Position numbers and translations under genes: made by a program. Below the pieces are notes generated by a model. The model was not told the DNA's origin. It worked only from the letters and a program-made list of their open reading frames with translations, and searched no databases. DNA of 64,000 nucleotides from sequence record SRR31156797_8254; one strand, 5' to 3'. Shown one piece after another: positions 58,596 through 64,000 of the stretch. The stretch's first letter is position 1. Every line of letters starts with the position of its first letter.

Positions 58596-59506
58596 TCAGT
58601 TTCGCTATGCCGGCGAAAAATACTTCGGACTTCATAGAGGACGCAATTACATCTTTGCAGTCTGAAAATCAAGTTGAGTGGGAATTGATTGTAGTAGATG
58701 ATCATTCGGAGGATACAACGGCTGATATCGTTAAAAGATTATCCGGGGAAGATTCACGTATACGGTTTTTCAGAAATACAGGGAATGGAAAGATTGATGC
58801 GTTGAATTTTGCTTATACCCAATGCCGTGGAGAAATCCTTAAATTCATTGACTCAGATGATGTTATAGATAGTAGTATTTTTTCAATCTTAAGTCATCAT
58901 GAAATATATGATACTGTCTGCCACGGTACGTATATAACAGATGAAAAGCTGGTTACTACAGGAACATATCAGTTGAATATGGACTTTATTAATGGAAGCT
59001 TTGAAGAGTGTTATGCGGACCTCAGAAGTATTCCCAGGTGTATGTGGTCATTTAAAAGGCAGGTCGCTGATAAGATTTTCCCAATGCCGAAGGTGCTGCC
59101 ATTCGAAGATGTCTGGTTTTCATTGATCATTAAGTTCTATGAGTATAGTATATTTCCTTCAAAAGATATCCCTTACTATTACAGACAGCATGGTAACCAA
59201 GTCTATGGCGGTGTTTACAATCATAGCCCCGAAAAAGTGATCTTCAGGGCTAAAAGAATGCTTAACCTTATGTCTGTATTGGATAATGAGCAGAAACATG
59301 GTTTTAATGCATATAAAGAACTAACCTGTTGTAAAAAAAGGTTTTATTATTTGATGTCTTTACGTTCACCAAGTGTACTTTCAATTATTAGAGCGGATAT
59401 TTCTGGAAAAGATAAAATAAAACTGATTTTGTATAAGAAGATAAACTGGTTTGTTCAATACTCATTACGTATAAAATGGATTATTGATAGATATAGAAGG
59501 AATTAG
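58592..59506 (+). CDS. Glycosyltransferase family 2
   Basis: VDDHSED, GKIDALN, FIDSDD, YYRQH. Confidence 0.88.
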   Translation: MISFAMPAKNTSDFIEDAITSLQSENQVEWELIVVDDHSEDTTADIVKRLSGEDSRIRFFRNTGNGKIDALNFAYTQCRGEILKFIDSDDVIDSSIFSILSHHEIYDTVCHGTYITDEKLVTTGTYQLNMDFINGSFEECYADLRSIPRCMWSFKRQVADKIFPMPKVLPFEDVWFSLIIKFYEYSIFPSKDIPYYYRQHGNQVYGGVYNHSPEKVIFRAKRMLNLMSVLDNEQKHGFNAYKELTCCKKRFYYLMSLRSPSVLSIIRADISGKDKIKLILYKKINWFVQYSLRIKWIIDRYRRN

Positions 59507-59522
59507 GATAGAGTTCGTGCAT

Positions 59523-60824
59523 ATGATATACGAAAACTTACTGGATAAGATTAAGCGGAACGATGAAAGAATCGCTATACTTGGAATGGGCTATGTGGGG
59601 CTTCCTCTTGCTGTGACTTTTGCTTTAAAAAAGCTTAAAGTCACAGGTTTTGATCCGTCAGTTGAAAAGACTGATATGATTAACAAAGGAATAAATTATA
59701 TCGGTGATGTAGAGGATTCTGAGTTGTCGCAGGTTGTGTCTGATGGGTCATTGATCGCCAGCTCTGATTTCAGCCGTTTAGACGAGTTCGACATTATTAT
59801 TATATGTGTTCCAACGCCCCTGGATAAATTTAAAAAACCTAACATGTCCTATATAGAGAGAGCTAGTAATGATATAGGACGATATATGAAGAAGGGGACT
59901 CTCGTAGTTCTTGAGAGTACAACCTATCCTACAACAACTGAAAGCCTGGTTCTGCCCATTATTGAGGAAAAGTCAGGATATCAGCATGGAAAGGATTTCT
60001 GGTTGGCTTTCAGTCCCGAACGTGTTGACCCCGGTAATGCACGGTTCAAAACTGAAAATACTCCCAAAGTTTTTGGAGCTATGTCACAAGAAGGAAGGAC
60101 TCTGGGAATCGCGGTTTATGAAAAGGCCATTACAAAAATCCATCCTGTTAGTTCCCCCAGAGTCGCAGAGATGGTTAAGATTCTCGAAAATACATATCGG
60201 CTTGTGAATATCTCTCTCATAAATGAATTGGCATTACTAGCCGGACGGATGGAAATTGATATTTGGGAAGTTATAGAGGCCGCAGGCACGAAACCATTCG
60301 GATTCCAGGCATTTTATCCGGGGCCTGGGATAGGTGGACATTGTATCCCATTAGATCCGTTTTATCTTGAGTATATTGCTAAGAATTATAATTTTGACCT
60401 GACAATGATAAATACAGCCGGACATATTGACAATATGATGCCGCATCGTATGATGGTTAAGATCAATTTTGCGTTGAACAAGCATAAGATTGCTATAAAC
60501 GGAGCGAAGATTCTATTTCTGGGGGTCGCCTATAAAGAGGATATCGGTGATGAGAGAGAGTCTCCTGCATTAAAGATTATGGATGAAGTCTTAAGAAAAG
60601 GTGGTGAGGTTTCATATTATGATCCCTATGTTGAATCTATCAAAACAGATTCTGGACACTGTCTTACTGGTGATGATTCATTGGATGTCTCCAGTTATGA
60701 TTGTATAGTGGTTACAACAAAACACTCTGTTTTTAATTTTAATGATATATATAGTGATGCAAAGATAATTGTTGATTTAAGAAATGCATATGCAAAAGAA
60801 GATTCAAAAGTATATAAACTGTAA
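59523..60824 (+). CDS. UDP-N-acetylhexosamine 6-dehydrogenase (WbpA-like)
   Basis: GMGYVGLPLA, CVPTP, LESTTYP, SPERVDPG, KILENTYR, GIGGHCIP, LGVAYK. Start set at ATG 59523. Confidence 0.9.
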   Translation: MIYENLLDKIKRNDERIAILGMGYVGLPLAVTFALKKLKVTGFDPSVEKTDMINKGINYIGDVEDSELSQVVSDGSLIASSDFSRLDEFDIIIICVPTPLDKFKKPNMSYIERASNDIGRYMKKGTLVVLESTTYPTTTESLVLPIIEEKSGYQHGKDFWLAFSPERVDPGNARFKTENTPKVFGAMSQEGRTLGIAVYEKAITKIHPVSSPRVAEMVKILENTYRLVNISLINELALLAGRMEIDIWEVIEAAGTKPFGFQAFYPGPGIGGHCIPLDPFYLEYIAKNYNFDLTMINTAGHIDNMMPHRMMVKINFALNKHKIAINGAKILFLGVAYKEDIGDERESPALKIMDEVLRKGGEVSYYDPYVESIKTDSGHCLTGDDSLDVSSYDCIVVTTKHSVFNFNDIYSDAKIIVDLRNAYAKEDSKVYKL

Positions 60825-60840
60825 TTTGAAGGAATAATCA

Positions 60841-61743
60841 ATGAGTAATTCAAAAAATGATAATGGAATAGATTTGTTTGATATGTTTATTGTATTACTG
60901 AAGTATCGTAAAACTGCAGTAATCATATTATTGTGCACCGTATTTCTGCTTTCTATGGGATTTCTGGTAGTTCCTAAGAGAAGTTTCTCTAAAGAAAGAC
61001 TTGAGTTAGTGACTGAAGGTTCTTTAACGATTGCTTGTCGATCTGACATCTCTAGATACACATTAAATGGCGTAGAGCAATCTACATACTTTGCTGACCC
61101 AAATGAGCTATTTACAAATAGAAGAATTAAATGGATTTTTGAAGATATGAGTCTCGTATATAATTCAATTGAAAGTGGAGTTATAAATAAAACAATTAAT
61201 TTAAGTTCAGATAGTGTAGATCAAATAAAGGCATCTCATTTTGGAAGAAGGGAAATTACAGATAATTCAGATTGGTGTTACTTCTTTGATATTAATGACT
61301 ATCTTATAAATCTTCATTTCATAGTCGGCGGCAATCTTGAAAATGAGGTTTATGATTTTTTTGATAGTTTTATCAGTATAGCTAATGACGTTATGCTGGG
61401 GATAACACAAGACAACTTTGATTACAGAGATGTTCTTCTATATGAAGATGACAAGAATCTAAGTCATCTCAGCGATGAAAAGCTATTACAATATGCACAA
61501 GCAAAAGGAATTAAAGCTGGGATAATTGATCCGTTTGTATTGATAAGTAAGCCTTCGGTTCGGGTTGTTAGTGGTAAAAGTCTGAATGATTATAAAACAG
61601 AATATCTTCGGGTCGCTATCGCTGTTTTCCTATGTGCAGTATTATTGTCGATTTTAATTCCGTTTATACTTGAGTACATATCCAGTATTAAGAAAGATAA
61701 TGATAAAATGGCTCTGATACGAGACGCACTGAAGAAGAAATGA
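60841..61743 (+). CDS. Wzz-like polysaccharide co-polymerase
   Basis: N-terminal IDLFDMF..LLKYRK plus TM helix, periplasmic domain, C-terminal TM helix; last gene of the glycan locus. Confidence 0.6.
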   Translation: MSNSKNDNGIDLFDMFIVLLKYRKTAVIILLCTVFLLSMGFLVVPKRSFSKERLELVTEGSLTIACRSDISRYTLNGVEQSTYFADPNELFTNRRIKWIFEDMSLVYNSIESGVINKTINLSSDSVDQIKASHFGRREITDNSDWCYFFDINDYLINLHFIVGGNLENEVYDFFDSFISIANDVMLGITQDNFDYRDVLLYEDDKNLSHLSDEKLLQYAQAKGIKAGIIDPFVLISKPSVRVVSGKSLNDYKTEYLRVAIAVFLCAVLLSILIPFILEYISSIKKDNDKMALIRDALKKK

Positions 61744-62432
61744 TGTCGATAATCAATTTAGAACAGTTAACAAAGACCTATCCCCTTGGCAAGCTTGAAG
61801 TTAAGGCTCTCAAGGGGATTGATCTCGAGATTATGGAAGGGGACTTTGTGTCGGTGGCCGGCCCCTCCGGTTCTGGAAAGACGACATTGATGAATATCAT
61901 TGGATTGATAGATACGCCAAGCGGTGGGCAGCTATCGATACAAGATCGGCTTTTGGATAATCTTGGCAGGTCGGAACTCACGAAGCTTAGACACGAAACT
62001 ATCGGATTCGTGTTTCAATCATTTAACCTGCTTCCTGTGTTGAATGTATTTGAGAATGTTGAGCTCCCTCTGATGCTCGGTAATAACAGGATGCCGAAGA
62101 ATGAACGTAAAGAATGGATTGACCATCTGCTTCACGAAGTCGGTCTTGATGAACGCAAAGGGCATAAACCACGGGAGCTATCGGGAGGGCAGCAGCAGAG
62201 AGTGGCTATTGCCAGGGCTTTGGTGACAAAGCCCAAGATCATCATTGCTGATGAGCCGACGGCAAACCTGGACTCTGTTACAGGTGAGCGTATCCTGAAT
62301 CTGATGAAACAGGTTAATGAGGAGGAAGGTACCACATTCATCTTCTCAACTCATGATCCCTCCATCTGGAAGATTGCGAATCATGTTATTTTCCTTCGTG
62401 ATGGTTTAATAGAATCGGAGACCCGTTCGTGA
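61740..62432 (+). CDS. ABC transporter ATP-binding protein (LolD/MacB-like)
   Basis: GPSGSGKT, GFVFQSFNL, LSGGQQQRVAIARAL, ADEPTANLD, STHD. Confidence 0.95.
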   Translation: MMSIINLEQLTKTYPLGKLEVKALKGIDLEIMEGDFVSVAGPSGSGKTTLMNIIGLIDTPSGGQLSIQDRLLDNLGRSELTKLRHETIGFVFQSFNLLPVLNVFENVELPLMLGNNRMPKNERKEWIDHLLHEVGLDERKGHKPRELSGGQQQRVAIARALVTKPKIIIADEPTANLDSVTGERILNLMKQVNEEEGTTFIFSTHDPSIWKIANHVIFLRDGLIESETRS

Positions 62433-63874
62433 TTTTTCTTCTGGCAATTAGAAATCTCCTGCGTCACATCAAAAATACAATTCTTCTGTCTCTCCTGATT
62501 GCATTTATTACCTTCGTGTTTTTTCTCGGAAACAGTCTACTGTCTCAGTCGGACCGTGAACTGCGTAGGACCTATGTAGATAACCTCACTGCGGATCTTA
62601 TGATCCAGAAAACAACCGATGTGTCAATGAATATTTTCGGAGCGAATACTCCGGTTATCGATGAGTATTTTTCTATTCCGGTTTTAGCAGACTACCAGGA
62701 GATCATGTCTATTCTTGAACAGGAGGATGGGGTTTCATATGCTTCTATCGTATCTGGTAAGGCTGTAATGGACCTTAGTGGTTCAAGAGAATTGGTATTC
62801 CTCTTGGGTGTTGAGCTGCCGCAGTATTTTGATATCTTTCCCGGGATTTTTATTAGGGAAGGACACTTTCTTGAAAAGGGGGAAGAAGGGGTAATGTTAT
62901 CCCGGAGTAGAGTTGAGTCGATAGAAACCAAGACTGGACGAAAGGCGTCAATCGGTGACTATGTGATGCTTACCTCCGTTTCGAAGGACAGCTTCCGGAT
63001 CAGGGAAATACCTCTTGTCGGTATCTTTGATTATGAGAATCCGGGGCCGAATATGGAACAGATTGTTTTAGTGGATCCTCAAACGGTCCGTGTAATGTCA
63101 TCCGTTCTTAATGAAGCCGTAGAAATAGTTGAAGTTGAAGAAGAGGCATTAGGACTGCTGGGGGATGATCTGGATTCTTTATTCTCAGATGATATTTATG
63201 ATGAGATAGACGATCAGTCCACAGGTCTATCCATTGATGAGTTGCAGAACGATCTGCTTGTCGACAGCGAAAAAGAATCAGCTGATTCTGTAGGCGGAGA
63301 CTGGAACTATATTCTGATGCGCCTAGATAAGGGATATTCAGCTTCAGCTGTTCAAAAAAGACTGAATAGTAAGCTTGATGAAATAGGATACCGTGTTGTC
63401 GATTGGCGTACTGCCGCCGGCAATGCCGCATTGTCAGTGTTACTGCTTCAAACTCTTTTCTATGGCGGAACCATACTGATAGGTCTTGCCGGAGTCATCT
63501 CTATTATCAATATTGTTTTAATCTCCGTTTTTAAAAGGACCAAAGAAATCGGTACGTTACGGGCTATCGGTGCCTCAGATGCTTTTATCGCTCAGATGAT
63601 TCTATTAGAGAATTTCTTTCTCTCTCTCATCGCAGGGATGGCAGGTATCTTACTGGGAACAGTAATGATCAGATATATCAATAGTCTAGAAATCCCTTTC
63701 GGGAATCCATTGATCAGCGCCATATTCGGAGGCGATATCCTTTTTATCCATTTACAGTCGATCGAAGCATTAAAGGCGCTGATGCTGGCAGTCCTGTTAG
63801 GATTCCTTTCTGCCATATTCCCGGGATGGAAAGCCATAATGATAAATCCTATTGAAGCGGTCAGAAGGGGGTAG
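62429..63874 (+). CDS. ABC transporter permease (FtsX/LolE-like)
   Basis: LAIRNLLR plus TM1, large periplasmic domain, RTKEIGTLRAIG, PG.KA..INPIEAVR. Confidence 0.9.
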   Translation: MIFLLAIRNLLRHIKNTILLSLLIAFITFVFFLGNSLLSQSDRELRRTYVDNLTADLMIQKTTDVSMNIFGANTPVIDEYFSIPVLADYQEIMSILEQEDGVSYASIVSGKAVMDLSGSRELVFLLGVELPQYFDIFPGIFIREGHFLEKGEEGVMLSRSRVESIETKTGRKASIGDYVMLTSVSKDSFRIREIPLVGIFDYENPGPNMEQIVLVDPQTVRVMSSVLNEAVEIVEVEEEALGLLGDDLDSLFSDDIYDEIDDQSTGLSIDELQNDLLVDSEKESADSVGGDWNYILMRLDKGYSASAVQKRLNSKLDEIGYRVVDWRTAAGNAALSVLLLQTLFYGGTILIGLAGVISIINIVLISVFKRTKEIGTLRAIGASDAFIAQMILLENFFLSLIAGMAGILLGTVMIRYINSLEIPFGNPLISAIFGGDILFIHLQSIEALKALMLAVLLGFLSAIFPGWKAIMINPIEAVRRG

Positions 63875-63880
63875 GATAGG

Positions 63881-64000
63881 ATGCGGTTTATTCATTTATT
63901 AAGCCTTTCTGTGCGGTACTTTAAATTGCATTTCAAGCAGTATTTGTTTCTACTGATCGCTATTTCATTCGGGTTCGGAGTCGTTACAACTCTGACTTCC
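63881..64000 (+). CDS. Second ABC permease, 5' fragment running off the window
   Basis: Open frame MRFIHLLSLSVRYFKLHFKQYLFLLIAISFGFGVVTTLTS resembles an FtsX/LolE permease N-terminus; AGGA SD upstream. Confidence 0.6.
   Translation, partial: MRFIHLLSLSVRYFKLHFKQYLFLLIAISFGFGVVTTLTS

Noticed and set aside
1-64000. CRISPR arrays, tRNA/rRNA genes, transposases, integrases, prophage or defence genes
   Set aside because: None seen; the window is almost fully tiled by glycan-related CDSs and has no regularly spaced repeats.

Overview
Bacterial window, probably from a free-living spirochaete (inferred from the style of the OMP, lipoprotein and acidic-insert ABC permease at the flanks; not proven). 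The left end is on the minus strand: a beta-barrel outer-membrane protein, a spondin-domain lipoprotein, and a metK interrupted by a single +1 frameshift. From 3537 to the right edge there is one co-directional array of 56 tightly packed ORFs: a 53-gene (~58 kb) surface-polysaccharide locus headed by a winged-helix regulator, then a LolD/FtsX-type ABC transporter. The locus encodes a split pseudaminic-acid pathway (pseB/C and pseH/I, no recognisable pseG), GDP-fucose and a second GDP-6-deoxyhexose branch, and a WbpA/B/E-type diamino-uronate pathway with a formyltransferase and amidotransferase. It also has two Wzx flippases, a Wzy, a Wzz-like protein and many glycosyltransferases. Best leads: (i) the metK/regulator intergenic region, with two TGTTCA-N5-TGAACA palindromes followed by a ~118-nt three-stem RNA structure in the operon leader; (ii) a cassette of a GDPD-like protein, a ~1256-aa kinase/degenerate aldolase-like/ribulose-phosphate-epimerase fusion and a tandem BcbE-like nucleotidyltransferase, which may activate a ketose; (iii) a TIM-barrel metalloprotein in the pseG slot; (iv) an FrhB-like Fe-S protein coupled to a GtrB/GtrA/GT-C-like module; (v) a MenD-like ThDP enzyme paired with a pyruvyltransferase-family protein. 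All family calls come from motif recognition by eye; no database search was run.
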